IMG/VR virus record: IMGVR_UViG_3300028364_000013
Source of the DNA: a virus
Taxonomy: Duplodnaviria; Caudoviricetes
Strand: one strand, 5' to 3'
DNA: 64,000 nt
Position numbers and translations under genes: made by a program. Position 1 is the stretch's first letter. Every line of letters begins with the position of its first letter. Below are positions 8,905 to 19,069 of this stretch, one piece after another. The notes under the pieces were generated by a model. That model was not told the origin of the DNA and searched no databases. It was given only the letters and a program-made list of their open reading frames with translations.

Positions 8905-9420
8905 ATGCGTTACTTCAACGAAATGAGCATGACTCTGCTTATTCAACAAAACGAGAGTCTTCAAAAAGAATTTGCTAACCTTGGCTATGATGCCAGTGAA
9001 AAGGGATTAGAGCAAATAAAACTTCTTATTAACAACCATTTTCTGAACCACAAGTGCAAGAAAGTACTAACAAAGATTTTCAAAGAACACGTTGAGAATG
9101 CCACAGGATATATTCCAGCAATGTATGACGGCTTTGATGATGTATGCAGTGTATTTGAACCTTTTGAAGGTCAACGTTTCTACACTTACTCTATTGATGA
9201 GAGAAACGGAGAATACGAATACACCCACAAAGGAGTTGTTGCATTGGATGATGGAACAAACGCTGATGAGTGGCTTGAAGAGTATACAAGCGACTTCTAC
9301 GGTGGCGGTGGAGATGAAGAAGATGGTGGCTACTGGTTCAATGGAGAAATTATGTGTTTCGCAGGTGGAACGCAGGAGATTTCTAAGGATGTTTTTGATG
9401 TAGTAAAGAAATACATTTAA
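8905..9420 (+). CDS. Hypothetical protein
   Basis: After promoter 8839. Confidence 0.8.
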   Translation: MRYFNEMSMTLLIQQNESLQKEFANLGYDASEKGLEQIKLLINNHFLNHKCKKVLTKIFKEHVENATGYIPAMYDGFDDVCSVFEPFEGQRFYTYSIDERNGEYEYTHKGVVALDDGTNADEWLEEYTSDFYGGGGDEEDGGYWFNGEIMCFAGGTQEISKDVFDVVKKYI

Positions 9421-9532
9421 TAATACAGGGGGGCAGAAATGTCCCCTTTGTGCGTTTACGCCAAGTAGCTAAGCGGATTGTAACTTTTTAAATTCCTGTC
9501 GTTATAACCTTGAGCATTAAAAACTTCAACAA

Positions 9533-10051
9533 ATGAAAAACGTAAAGATTATTCAATTAACAATAGTATTTGATAGACTATTACAATTTAGCCCAAACAT
9601 TGGCGCAGTAACTCTAAGCAGGGGCGGTAGAGAATACATTTTAGATGTATGTTATAGCGAAACCTATGGAGAACCTGATTGTGGAGAAGCAACAGAAATT
9701 ATTTGTAAACTTGAAGTTGACAAAGAAATTTTTGAAGACTGTAAGTACGACTTAACACAGGAAGATTTGTTAAGCGAAGATTTGTTAGCCTTATTCTTTG
9801 TAGAAAGTGATGAAGAAGAATTTGAAATTGAAAGTATTAAATTAGAATTTGAAATTGATGGAGAACGAAAGTCAATTGATGCTCACAATGAAATGGAATA
9901 CGAAGAGTCAACTGTGACGGCTATGGACGTTCTTAATTGGCACGGAAGTGACCACAGCATTGAAGAACTTGCTCAAGTGCTGGCTGATGTTGTAAATGGA
10001 AAGTATAACTTTGTGCTTTGTAGAGAAGAAATTCTTAACCTAAAAGGATAA
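9533..10051 (+). CDS. Hypothetical acidic protein
   Basis: After promoter 9478. Confidence 0.8.
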   Translation: MKNVKIIQLTIVFDRLLQFSPNIGAVTLSRGGREYILDVCYSETYGEPDCGEATEIICKLEVDKEIFEDCKYDLTQEDLLSEDLLALFFVESDEEEFEIESIKLEFEIDGERKSIDAHNEMEYEESTVTAMDVLNWHGSDHSIEELAQVLADVVNGKYNFVLCREEILNLKG

Positions 10052-10108
10052 TTGTAACTTTTTAAATACTCATCGTTATACAAATATAACACTTTAAAAC
10101 CTCAACAA

Positions 10109-10453
10109 ATGAAAATTTTAAAAAAAGGAAACGCATTCATTGCGTACAGAACACAAAAAGGAGAACTTGGCTCTCCAATTGCAGAAGCAGGCTCAGAGAT
10201 TGGAAGAATTTCAATTACTACTGGTAAATATACAGGAGGAACAGGTGCGCTTGTAGAACTTTCAAAACACCTTGACGATTTCAATAAACCAAAAGAAGAA
10301 GAACTTCAAAAACTTGTTGATGAAGTTATAGAGCAAGTGGTAGCAGATGCTAACTCTGGCGATACAACGGTATTGGACGAAATTCTAAAGAATGTACCAA
10401 AAGAAGTATTAATTCAAAGCCTACCCGAAGAAGCGTGGGCAAAATATAAATAA
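10109..10453 (+). CDS. Hypothetical protein
   Basis: After promoter 10052. Confidence 0.8.
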   Translation: MKILKKGNAFIAYRTQKGELGSPIAEAGSEIGRISITTGKYTGGTGALVELSKHLDDFNKPKEEELQKLVDEVIEQVVADANSGDTTVLDEILKNVPKEVLIQSLPEEAWAKYK

Positions 10454-10473
10454 ACCTCAAAAACTAAAACCTC

Positions 10474-10839
10474 ATGGGAGTATTTGCAGAAGGTAGCATA
10501 CAAATATACCTTAACAGCGAAGAAGAAGCTGTAAAAGTATGCGAAATGATTAAGAACATTAAAGAGCGAACCGATAAACGCCTAAAGCAAGATGGTCACT
10601 TTGCTGTTCACGATTCGGATGTACACGGAGAAATGGTCGAGATAAGACTTTCCTCTGGTAGAACTCAAAACTGTGAATTTCAAATGGAAATGGTTGTTGA
10701 CGAACTTAAAGTAATGGTCCAGTCTGGAGAAATTACAGAAGTTGCAGAGTACAGCTCCAGCATGATGATAGACGGTGGAGGTCAGTACATGGAAACAGAA
10801 GATTTCCTCGAACCTCCAAGACAGCCTAAAGAAGAATAA
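10474..10839 (+). CDS. Hypothetical protein
   Basis: Followed by terminator at about 10845-10871. Confidence 0.8.
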   Translation: MGVFAEGSIQIYLNSEEEAVKVCEMIKNIKERTDKRLKQDGHFAVHDSDVHGEMVEIRLSSGRTQNCEFQMEMVVDELKVMVQSGEITEVAEYSSSMMIDGGGQYMETEDFLEPPRQPKEE

Positions 10840-10907
10840 GCCTACAAGCCTCCGTAACAGGGGGCTTTTTTGTGCTTTGTAACTTTTTGAATTCCTATCG
10901 TTATACA

Positions 10908-10975
10908 CATGGAGACGGGCACGACATTCAAAAATGGCGGAAGAGTAGACTCCAACCTGCCTTAAACTTTTTTGA
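10908..10975 (+). ncRNA. Candidate small RNA, AAGAGTAGACTCCA family copy 1
   Basis: Lies between promoters 10877 and 11001; only an 18-codon ORF that is not conserved in the other copies; ends in a T-tract. Confidence 0.55.
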
Positions 10976-11060
10976 CCTATATTTTATTGTTTTAGGCGTT
11001 TTGTAACTTTTTGAATTGCCATCGTTATATAGTCATAACCAATAAAAAAACATTAAGACA

Positions 11061-11255
11061 ATGGCAGTTTATACACTACATAACAACTCTGGAGATTACC
11101 TGCACGCCAAGTCAATAAGCAAGCAAAAAATGATTGATGCCTGCAATAGTTTGAGATTTGGAGCAAAAGTTTGTGAAGAGTATTTAGCTCCATCTCCCTG
11201 GGATAAAGCAAAAATTACCAAGCACGCTAGAGAAATTTATAACAATAAAAAATAA
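11061..11255 (+). CDS. Hypothetical protein
   Basis: After promoter 11001. Confidence 0.75.
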   Translation: MAVYTLHNNSGDYLHAKSISKQKMIDACNSLRFGAKVCEEYLAPSPWDKAKITKHAREIYNNKK

Positions 11256-11262
11256 GAAAGCA

Positions 11263-11493
11263 ATGTCAAGATTTAGAATTAAAGATAGAGATACAGTTAA
11301 AGCAACAGCAACCTGCTCAAGAAGTGGAAAGCTTTTAGCAACACTATACGATAGTGGCTTTACAACAATTAATAGCGCTAGGTCAGCTTTGATGAGGAAG
11401 ATACCCTTCTATGGCGGAAAGTTAATAAGCATTTCAATTACAAATATTGATGAAGAGACACATAAGTCTTTTGACGTTAAAGTAAACCGATAG
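11263..11493 (+). CDS. Hypothetical protein, paralog of 14761-14982
   Basis: Shares FRIK..DT.KAT..CS.S.K.LA..YDSGFT.I....SALMRKIPFY.GKL...FDVKVN. Confidence 0.85.
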   Translation: MSRFRIKDRDTVKATATCSRSGKLLATLYDSGFTTINSARSALMRKIPFYGGKLISISITNIDEETHKSFDVKVNR

Positions 11494-11550
11494 TTTGTAA
11501 CTTTTTAAATTCCTGTCGTTATACACTTGTAACCAATAAAAACATTAGAC

Positions 11551-12357
11551 ATGAAGACTGTAAAATTAAACAACAAGACTTATTATATTGACGGTGTTTC
11601 AGGAGCACTTAAGGAGCTGTTGAATAGAGCCAGCAAAGAACGCAAAGAAGCTCTTTTATTCGAACAGCCAGAAGCAATTTGCTTTTACAACCACAAAAAC
11701 TTTCAGGGCAACCCAGATTACTTAGGTGATGCTGTAGGAATTCTTGAGAATGTTAAACAACCAACAGCTCAACAGGTACGCCACGCAATGATATGGGGTC
11801 TTGGATACCCAGGTGAAGGTCTGGATTACATGATTAAAGCAGGAGGTGAAAGTAATTCTGATAGTATGTTCTCTTCATGCCTTAAGGTAATGATAGCTCA
11901 CCCAAAGACTGGTCTGGATACTGATGTTGTTGTTCTTAAGAAGTACAGCACAAAAATTGAAGACGTTTATATTACTGAGGCTGAGGTACGTGAATTATAC
12001 AAATTGTGCCAAACGCCAGAAGAGACAAAAAAGATTAACCAGACAAAGGTTGAAGGAGCTATTGGAATGCTCTGGAGAACTTTCCAAGGCTTCAAAGTTA
12101 ACATTAGTGGAAACAATAGAATTGCAACAAAGAAGCACGTTGAAATGATGACGCAGTTTCTTTTTGAAGTTGGTACGCCAGAAGCAATTGAAATTCATAT
12201 TAATAGAATGATTAAGAACCAAACTCGAAACCTTTCCACAACTTTAAATGAAGAGGCTTCAAGCCAGACAACAGCAGAATTTCACGCAACAGCAAGAGAG
12301 AGGTTGGCATTGCTTGACAATTTCAAAGTCTCCCTATTAGATAGGCAAGCAGCATAA
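11551..12357 (+). CDS. Hypothetical protein
   Basis: 268 aa after promoter 11495. Confidence 0.85.
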   Translation: MKTVKLNNKTYYIDGVSGALKELLNRASKERKEALLFEQPEAICFYNHKNFQGNPDYLGDAVGILENVKQPTAQQVRHAMIWGLGYPGEGLDYMIKAGGESNSDSMFSSCLKVMIAHPKTGLDTDVVVLKKYSTKIEDVYITEAEVRELYKLCQTPEETKKINQTKVEGAIGMLWRTFQGFKVNISGNNRIATKKHVEMMTQFLFEVGTPEAIEIHINRMIKNQTRNLSTTLNEEASSQTTAEFHATARERLALLDNFKVSLLDRQAA

Positions 12358-12447
12358 GTAAAGTCTCCCTTTGTGCGTTTACGCCAAGTAGCGAAGCGGA
12401 TTGTAACTTTTTAAATAATAATCGTTATAAAATAAAAACACGATACC

Positions 12448-12810
12448 ATGAACAAAGAAATTTACCAAGGAATTACCAAAGATGACGTATGGGGTGAATA
12501 CACTGAAGCAGGTGACCCAAGAGGTTCTCACAAAAAGATTAGTCAAGGAATGATTATAGCTCAAGGAATTCCTTATAAGCCAAACTCACCAGAAGGTAAA
12601 GACCTTTCAAAAAAGATTGGCGTTCCTGCTATTTGTCCAATAACAAAAAAGACTCTACCTTATAAGAGTGTAAGTGTTGTATGCAAAGCAGAAGACCAAG
12701 GAGCAGTTGAATACTGGTTGGAATATGTACACGGAGCACACAGCATTGATGGTACAGCAACGCTTGATGATGGTAAGGTTGTTATAATTTCTAACTATAT
12801 GTGTTGGTAG
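12448..12810 (+). CDS. Hypothetical protein
   Basis: After promoter 12401. Confidence 0.8.
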   Translation: MNKEIYQGITKDDVWGEYTEAGDPRGSHKKISQGMIIAQGIPYKPNSPEGKDLSKKIGVPAICPITKKTLPYKSVSVVCKAEDQGAVEYWLEYVHGAHSIDGTATLDDGKVVIISNYMCW

Positions 12811-12868
12811 TTTTGTAACTTTTTAAATCCGTGTCGTTATATACTTGTAACATAAAAAATATAACAAC

Positions 12869-13429
12869 ATGAGTATTAAAAACACATTGGCGACAGCCTC
12901 AGAATTAAAGATTACTTTAAAAAAGTTAAAGACCTTTCCAGGACATGATGGAATGGAGGGATTTGACGCAGATATTTGTGTGGATGGCAAAGCTGTCCTG
13001 CACGTATATGACAGCGCACATGGTGGATGCTTTGAGTACAGCCCAATTGGAACTGACTACAAACAAGCAAGAAACGTTGAGGCTGAATTAGAAGAGAAGT
13101 TGAAAACCTTTCCTGAACATGAAACAGAGATGGGTGGTGGACGAACTTACTCAAGCCGTGATACACTTGATTGTGTAATTGGTGCGCTTGTTTCTGAAGC
13201 AGGATTTCAAAAACAATTAAATAGAGATGCTAAAAAAGGAATTCTTATTGAAGTACCGAATGGCTACAGCATTATTTCATTCAAAGCAGGTACAATTACA
13301 GCAATGCTTAAAAAGTACAAGCAGGAGGCTGTGGCAACTATGCTTCAGGGCGTAGTGAAGAGAGAACTTAAAGCAGGAAACAAAATTCTAAACTTAGAAT
13401 ACCTAAAGTCAATAGGTGTAAAAGCATAA
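12869..13429 (+). CDS. Hypothetical protein
   Basis: After promoter 12813. Confidence 0.8.
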   Translation: MSIKNTLATASELKITLKKLKTFPGHDGMEGFDADICVDGKAVLHVYDSAHGGCFEYSPIGTDYKQARNVEAELEEKLKTFPEHETEMGGGRTYSSRDTLDCVIGALVSEAGFQKQLNRDAKKGILIEVPNGYSIISFKAGTITAMLKKYKQEAVATMLQGVVKRELKAGNKILNLEYLKSIGVKA

Positions 13430-13512
13430 AACTAAAGCCCTCATTGACGTGGGGGCTTTTTGTAACTTTTTAAATTACCATCGTTATACACTTGAACTAA
13501 TAAAAAAACATT

Positions 13513-13725
13513 ATGAAAAAATTAATTTTTACAGTAGAAATAGAATTTGAAGATAAGGTGTGTTCAGATGGAGATATTCGTGAAGTCATGCACAATGTTG
13601 CAGATGGTTTGTCATTTGCAGCTGATAGAGAAGGGCTTGCACCTGAAGATAGTGAAACATTTACAAGAAAAATTAAAGTTTCTTCAAGTGTTATTGATGA
13701 TTCTGTTGAGAAAGTTATAGTTTAA
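13513..13725 (+). CDS. Hypothetical protein
   Basis: Bounded by class A promoters. Confidence 0.75.
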   Translation: MKKLIFTVEIEFEDKVCSDGDIREVMHNVADGLSFAADREGLAPEDSETFTRKIKVSSSVIDDSVEKVIV

Positions 13726-13782
13726 TTGTAACTTTTTAAATTGCCATCGTTATACAAGTGAACCAATAAACAAATACATATT

Positions 13783-14592
13783 ATGAAAATAATTCAAAAA
13801 AGTGATTTTTACAAAGTAGCATTAGCAGCAATAATTGTTGAGAAGGGATTCAACGTCAGAACAGACCTTGGAGACATTGATGCGCTCGCTCAGTCAATTG
13901 CAAAACTTGGACAGCAGACTCCAATTATTGCAACGAAAGTTCGTGGAGAGGACAAATTCCTCTTGACAGCAGGACACCGTAGATTGGCAGCAATTGCGAT
14001 TGCCAACAAAAAGTATGGTGCAAACATTACTCACGTAAATGTGATGAGCGCAAAAGGAGATGAGAAAGGTCGTGTCTTAACAATGTTGCTTGATGGAGAG
14101 GCTTCAAAGAAACTTTCAGCCTCTGAGATGGCTACTGGGTTTGCAAGACTTAAAGCAATGGGAATGAAGCCGTTGGAGATTGGTGCAAACGTAGGTCTTT
14201 CACAAGCGCAGGTGTACAACATTATTAATGTCACCAAAGCACCTCAGACCATTCAAGACATGGTTGAGAAAGGATTGATTTCTGTGGCTCTTGTGAATGA
14301 GATTCAGAGAACAACCAAAGACCCAGAAGAGCAAGTGAAGTTGGCAGAAGAGGCTGTGGCAAATGCGAATGTTGATGCAGGGGATGAGGATGGAGAGCCA
14401 AAGAAAAAGAAGGCTACCTCAGCAAATGCTAACACAAAGAAATTGTCAGCGGATGTTGCCAAGTTGGAAGCAGCAATTGAACTTGCAATTGAGGATAACC
14501 CTGCAAGTGGTAAAGCAGCAGTACTTAAAGCAATTGTTAACAAATTGAAGTCTAAGGCTTCGGCAGAAGATATTGCCAAGCTATTGAAATAA
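13783..14592 (+). CDS. ParB/Srx-family protein with HTH
   Basis: FNVR...LAQSIAKLGQQTPII...LTAGHRRLAA ParB N-terminal motif; IGANVGLSQAQVYN HTH. Confidence 0.85.
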   Translation: MKIIQKSDFYKVALAAIIVEKGFNVRTDLGDIDALAQSIAKLGQQTPIIATKVRGEDKFLLTAGHRRLAAIAIANKKYGANITHVNVMSAKGDEKGRVLTMLLDGEASKKLSASEMATGFARLKAMGMKPLEIGANVGLSQAQVYNIINVTKAPQTIQDMVEKGLISVALVNEIQRTTKDPEEQVKLAEEAVANANVDAGDEDGEPKKKKATSANANTKKLSADVAKLEAAIELAIEDNPASGKAAVLKAIVNKLKSKASAEDIAKLLK

Positions 14593-14629
14593 GATTGATA
14601 GGGAGGAATTCACACCTCTCCCTTTTTTC

Positions 14630-14699
14630 GCTCCTATCAGTTGGTAGAAAGCTGGGCTTCTAAAACCCGCAGTCCACGGTTCGAACCCGTGTGGGAGCA
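14630..14699 (+). tRNA. tRNA-like gene with CTA (amber) anticodon and truncated D arm; possibly a pseudo-tRNA
   Basis: GCTCCTA/TGGGAGC acceptor; TGGGC-TTCTAAA-ACCCG anticodon arm; 5-nt variable loop; CACGG-TTCGAAC-CCGTG T arm; about 4 nt missing at positions 8-11. Confidence 0.6.
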
Positions 14700-14760
14700 C
14701 AAGTTGTAACTTTTTAAATCACCATCGTTATATAATTAACTAATAAAAAACCAAAATAAA

Positions 14761-14982
14761 ATGTTTAGAATTAAAGAAACAGATACAATTAAAGCAACTG
14801 TATGTTGCTCAAAAAGTAGAAAAATTTTAGCTTCAGTATATGATAGCGGATTTACAAGAATTAGCCAAGTTGAGTCAGCGTTAATGAGAAAGATACCTTT
14901 CTACAGCGGTAAATTGCTATATGTTTCGATTGTAAATATAGACAAAGAACTATGTAAGACTTTTGATGTTAAGGTTAACTGA
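14761..14982 (+). CDS. Hypothetical protein, paralog of 11263-11493
   Basis: High similarity by eye. Confidence 0.85.
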   Translation: MFRIKETDTIKATVCCSKSRKILASVYDSGFTRISQVESALMRKIPFYSGKLLYVSIVNIDKELCKTFDVKVN

Positions 14983-15151
14983 TAGAATTGTAGGGATGTC
15001 TCACCCAGTTGTGGGTCACGGAAGAGTTAAGAAGGATAAGATTCTAATTCGAAGTCTCCCTAAGTGGTACCAGAAATTTGGATTCGTTAAGACTCCTGAA
15101 TACACTGAGAAAAAAAAAAAAACGTACAATGTTGTACACTCCAAAAACTAA
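14963..15151 (+). CDS. Small basic hypothetical protein (start possibly 14996)
   Basis: Fills the gap between co-oriented ORFs. Confidence 0.55.
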   Translation: MMLRLTDRIVGMSHPVVGHGRVKKDKILIRSLPKWYQKFGFVKTPEYTEKKKKTYNVVHSKN

Positions 15152-15156
15152 ATAAC

Positions 15157-15525
15157 ATGAGCAGCATAGATAATAAATTCGAACAGTACCTGAATACCTT
15201 GGACCAAGTAGTGGCAAATATGTTAAGAGCAGCTGTTGAAGTAATTCCACAGGACCAGAGAAGAAAGTTCATTATTGATAACTGTCCAGTGAAAGCCCCT
15301 GTAGCAAATGACGCTAACTCAGACATGGCAGAGCACTGCTTGCCTGAAGAACCTAAGTCAAGAATATGGACTGTTGAAGTTTGTCGAACAACTCACGCCT
15401 TCAGAACAATGAAAGTTGTAGCAACAACTGAACAAGAAGCTTGTGAGAATGCAATTGACGCTGCTGGTGATGTAGAGTTCGGAAGTGGTGAGGCAGATTA
15501 TTCAACTCCAGACGGAGCATACTAA
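15157..15525 (+). CDS. Hypothetical protein
   Basis: 122 aa. Confidence 0.75.
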   Translation: MSSIDNKFEQYLNTLDQVVANMLRAAVEVIPQDQRRKFIIDNCPVKAPVANDANSDMAEHCLPEEPKSRIWTVEVCRTTHAFRTMKVVATTEQEACENAIDAAGDVEFGSGEADYSTPDGAY

Positions 15526-15622
15526 AATTATAAATTTAGAAAACGTTCTTTGAAGTATTGTTTTATAAAAATAGAAAACAGAGTTATTTTGGTTTTTCAT
15601 TTTTATTTTATATATTTATTAA

Positions 15623-16721
15623 TATGAAAGATATATTAATAAAATTTAAAAAGGTTCATGGTGAATTGTATGATTATTCATACGTAGATTATAAAGACAG
15701 ATTAACTAAAGTAGCTATAGGGTGTAAAGTTCATGGTGAATTCCTTCAAACTACAGCAGCCCACATTAGTGGCCAAGGTTGTCCAGAGTGTGGTAAAATT
15801 AAAAGAAGGATAGGGAAGAGAATTACTTTTGATGACTTCCTGATAAGAGCTAAAGATAAACATGGAAACAAATTTTCTTATAATAAAGAATCTTATGTTG
15901 ATATAGAAAAAGCTTTTGTTATTGTATGCCCTAATCATGGTGAGTTTACACAGTCTCCCAAAACTCATATAAAGAGTCACGGTTGTCCAAGATGTGGAAA
16001 CAACTCTGCATCACACAAACTCTCCCTTACTCGTCAAGAGTTTGTAGATAAAACTATCAGCGTTCATGGTGACAAATTCATTTATGATAAAGTCAAATAT
16101 ATCAACAATAGAACTCCTATTATTATAACTTGTAAGTTTCATGGAGATTTTAATCAAAAACCTAATTATCATTTATCTGGAAATGGTTGTCCTAAATGTG
16201 GAGGCACCTCTAAACTTTCTCTTGAAGGCTTTATAGATAGGAGTAATTTGATTCACGATTTTAAATATGATTACTCTAAATCAGAATTAATCAATAGCAA
16301 AAAAAAAGTTAAAATAATTTGCTTAAAGCATGGAGAATTTATGCAATCTCCCTCTCACCATATGATGGGCTCAGGATGCCCAACATGTAATGAGTCTAAA
16401 GGAGAAAAGTTGGTTGCAAAAATTCTTAAAGAAAAAAGCGTTAACTTTGTAAGACAAAAGAGATTTAAATATTGCAAAAATAAAGCAGTTCTCCCTTTTG
16501 ATTTTTATTTACCAGACTTAAATGTTTTGATTGAATTTGATGGTGCGCAGCATTTTTATCCTTGGAGATTAAAAGATACAGAAGTTGCAAAATTAAAACT
16601 TAAGAAGACACAAGAAAATGACCTTATCAAGACTGAATTTTGTAAAAAAAATGAAATTAAATTATTAAGAATTCGTTTTGATGAGAATGTTAAAAATAAA
16701 TTAGATAAACTATTAAAATGA
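15623..16721 (+). CDS. Homing-endonuclease-like protein: four zinc-ribbon (DUF723-like) repeats plus C-terminal PD-(D/E)xK/Vsr-like nuclease
   Basis: Repeats of C..HG.F.Q....H..G.GCP.C; LPFDFYLPDLNVLIEFDGAQHF C-terminus. Confidence 0.85.
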
Positions 16722-17695
16722 AGCCAGGCCAAAACATAATTAAACAAATAGAAGACGGGAATTTCAATTTAAGTTCGCATCCAGTTTTTAGTCATAATCC
16801 AAAAAGATTAATGGATATTGGTTTTAATAAATCTCTTGAGTTAATTAAAAGAAGAGTTGGAGACCACAATCTCTCCCCAGTATATTTATTTAATTTATAT
16901 AAAACGTATCAATTTAAAATAGATATTATTGAGAGTAGCATTAAATCAGAGCTTGAACAAATAGCGGAAGATACAATTAGAGAAATGTATGATGTACCAG
17001 AAGATATAAATATTAAACCAAAGATTGTTAATCAAGATGATATTGAATATGATTTTGACTCTGAAAATGAAAAAATAGAAGTCTCCCCAGAAAGACTAAG
17101 ATTAATAAAAGAAGAAGCAAATAAAAGAATAATACTAAATTCTATTGTTCATGGTTCATCTGTTATGATTTGGTCAAGCGCATATTATATTGTAAAAGAA
17201 AAACTTGATGAATTAAATAATAAATTAATTGAACTATATGATATTTATTCTGCAGTTGTTAGTTATTTACTTTGGCTTCAGGAACCAAGTCAAGATTTGT
17301 CTGGAGTAGAAAAACAAGGAGTTTGTGAAATTGATTTTGAAGATGGATTAAGTTGTGAAGGAATAAATTTTCCAGTACTTTTATTGGAGACAAATAAAGT
17401 GGTGATTGATTATCTTATTTGTAAAGGTATACCAACCGATTTTAGTGAAGAAGAGTTAAAATTATATTATGCTCTTTCAGATGATTATAATCAAGAAATT
17501 TGGCATAATACATTGTCTCCAGTTATATATTCTGATTTTTTAGAAACAATAGAAATAGAATCAAATAAATTACCTGATGTAATATCAAAATTATCTCAAC
17601 TAAATTATGAAGAATTAAAAACTGTGTTCATATCTATACAACAAGATTCAAAAGAATCAGGAAAAATAGAACTTTTAAAATTTAAAATCGTATAA
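16718..17695 (+). CDS. Hypothetical protein
   Basis: 325 aa, ATGA-coupled; not preceded by a class A promoter. Confidence 0.8.
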   Translation: MKPGQNIIKQIEDGNFNLSSHPVFSHNPKRLMDIGFNKSLELIKRRVGDHNLSPVYLFNLYKTYQFKIDIIESSIKSELEQIAEDTIREMYDVPEDINIKPKIVNQDDIEYDFDSENEKIEVSPERLRLIKEEANKRIILNSIVHGSSVMIWSSAYYIVKEKLDELNNKLIELYDIYSAVVSYLLWLQEPSQDLSGVEKQGVCEIDFEDGLSCEGINFPVLLLETNKVVIDYLICKGIPTDFSEEELKLYYALSDDYNQEIWHNTLSPVIYSDFLETIEIESNKLPDVISKLSQLNYEELKTVFISIQQDSKESGKIELLKFKIV

Positions 17696-17701
17696 TATAA
17701 G

Positions 17702-17848
17702 ATGAGGAATATACAGATGATTGAACCTTTGGTAGAACCAAAGCCAGTTACGAAACCATCTCCAACGGAAAAGCCCAAGGAGAAACCAAGGAGAGGAGAC
17801 CCATGGACAGTGCCCGCACCGAAAGTGAACCCCACTCCAAAGGCCTGA
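17702..17848 (+). CDS. Small proline/lysine-rich peptide
   Basis: 48 aa ORF absent from the track: MRNIQMIEPLVEPKPVTKPSPTEKPKEKPRRGDPWTVPAPKVNPTPKA. Confidence 0.6.
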   Translation: MRNIQMIEPLVEPKPVTKPSPTEKPKEKPRRGDPWTVPAPKVNPTPKA

Positions 17849-17899
17849 ATAATACAGACTGTAACTTTTTAAATATTAATCGTTATAAACATAATAGTC

Positions 17900-18109
17900 A
17901 TGAAGAAGAGAGATTTTAGCATAAAGAAAAAGATTATAAACAAAGGAGAGTATGATATGCTTAGAGGGATGATGACTGATGAAGCATTTTTCGATACATT
18001 CATAGTGTGTGACAAGTTGGTCACAAGAATGCTCGCTGCTGAGGCAGTAACATATGTAGCATTTACAGATGTTTCTCCAGTATACAATGATACAGCAAAA
18101 TTAAACTAA
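17900..18109 (+). CDS. Hypothetical protein
   Basis: After promoter 17859. Confidence 0.7.
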   Translation: MKKRDFSIKKKIINKGEYDMLRGMMTDEAFFDTFIVCDKLVTRMLAAEAVTYVAFTDVSPVYNDTAKLN

Positions 18110-18116
18110 GATAAAG

Positions 18117-19025
18117 ATGAAAACGAAAAGAACATATGATGAAGTTGAGATTATTAATACTCCGTCTATTAAGACAGGGATTAAAACTCTTGACCTGTTC
18201 CTTTCTAACAATGGAGGGTTCGAACTTGGAAACCTGATTCTTATGACAGGAACTTCAGGTGCAGGTAAGACAACTCTTTGCAAACTGATTCAAAGAGAAA
18301 TTAAAAAACCAACATTATTTCACGCCTTAGAAAGTTTAGCGTCTTCAGTTAAGAGACAAACTCTTAGAATTAAAACACATTCCAACTGTTTTATTACTGA
18401 CGGGAAAGATTACCAAGACTTTGATGAGTTCATGGATTTCATTTATAGAGATAAGCCAAGATTTGTTATGGTTGATTCACTTCAACACGCTGTGAAACAA
18501 CTTAGGAAAAAAGGCATGGGAAAAGATGAGGCTTACCACCACGTACTGGACTCTTTATACAGATGGAAAGATGAGACGCAAGGAATTGTAATTCTTATTT
18601 GTCAGTTGAATAAAGACAACACGTTTTCAGGACCGTCAGGAATGTTGTTCGATGCGGATGTTCAGGTACACTTAGAGTACAACTCTAAAACAGGAGTTAG
18701 AACAATGGATACGAAGAAAAATAGAATGGGTCAACTGGACTCGATTTATTATGAGTTCTCTTCAGGAGTTGAGGTGATGAAGTTCTACACTCAAGAAGAA
18801 TGGGATGTAATTAAAATGGGTGTCACTTTGCCAGAGATGTTAATGAACATCATCTTCCAGTATTCAAACGCCTACAGGAACCACGATTCGTATTCTGTAT
18901 TTAAGAAAGAATTCAACAAGAAGATTAAGGTGATTTATAATTCTATTGATGATGACCTTGAGATTTGTTTATCAGTTACAAAACTGATGAGTGAATTAAC
19001 TAAAAAGTATTTTGTAACTTTTTAA
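18117..19025 (+). CDS. RadA/Sms-like RecA-superfamily ATPase (no Zn finger or Lon-like domain)
   Basis: Walker A GTSGAGKTT, Walker B VMVDSLQ, ICQLNKD..FSGP, KNRMG (RadA KNRFG-like). Confidence 0.8.
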   Translation: MKTKRTYDEVEIINTPSIKTGIKTLDLFLSNNGGFELGNLILMTGTSGAGKTTLCKLIQREIKKPTLFHALESLASSVKRQTLRIKTHSNCFITDGKDYQDFDEFMDFIYRDKPRFVMVDSLQHAVKQLRKKGMGKDEAYHHVLDSLYRWKDETQGIVILICQLNKDNTFSGPSGMLFDADVQVHLEYNSKTGVRTMDTKKNRMGQLDSIYYEFSSGVEVMKFYTQEEWDVIKMGVTLPEMLMNIIFQYSNAYRNHDSYSVFKKEFNKKIKVIYNSIDDDLEICLSVTKLMSELTKKYFVTF

Positions 19026-19069
19026 ATAACCATCGTTATACATACACGAACCAATAAATAGAGAGAGAT

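Noticed and set aside
10908-10975. Hammerhead, HDV/theta ribozyme or c-di-GMP riboswitch identity for the small RNA family
   Set aside because: No CUGAUGA core, the stem order lacks HDV P3/P4, and GEMM consensus elements are not matched by eye.
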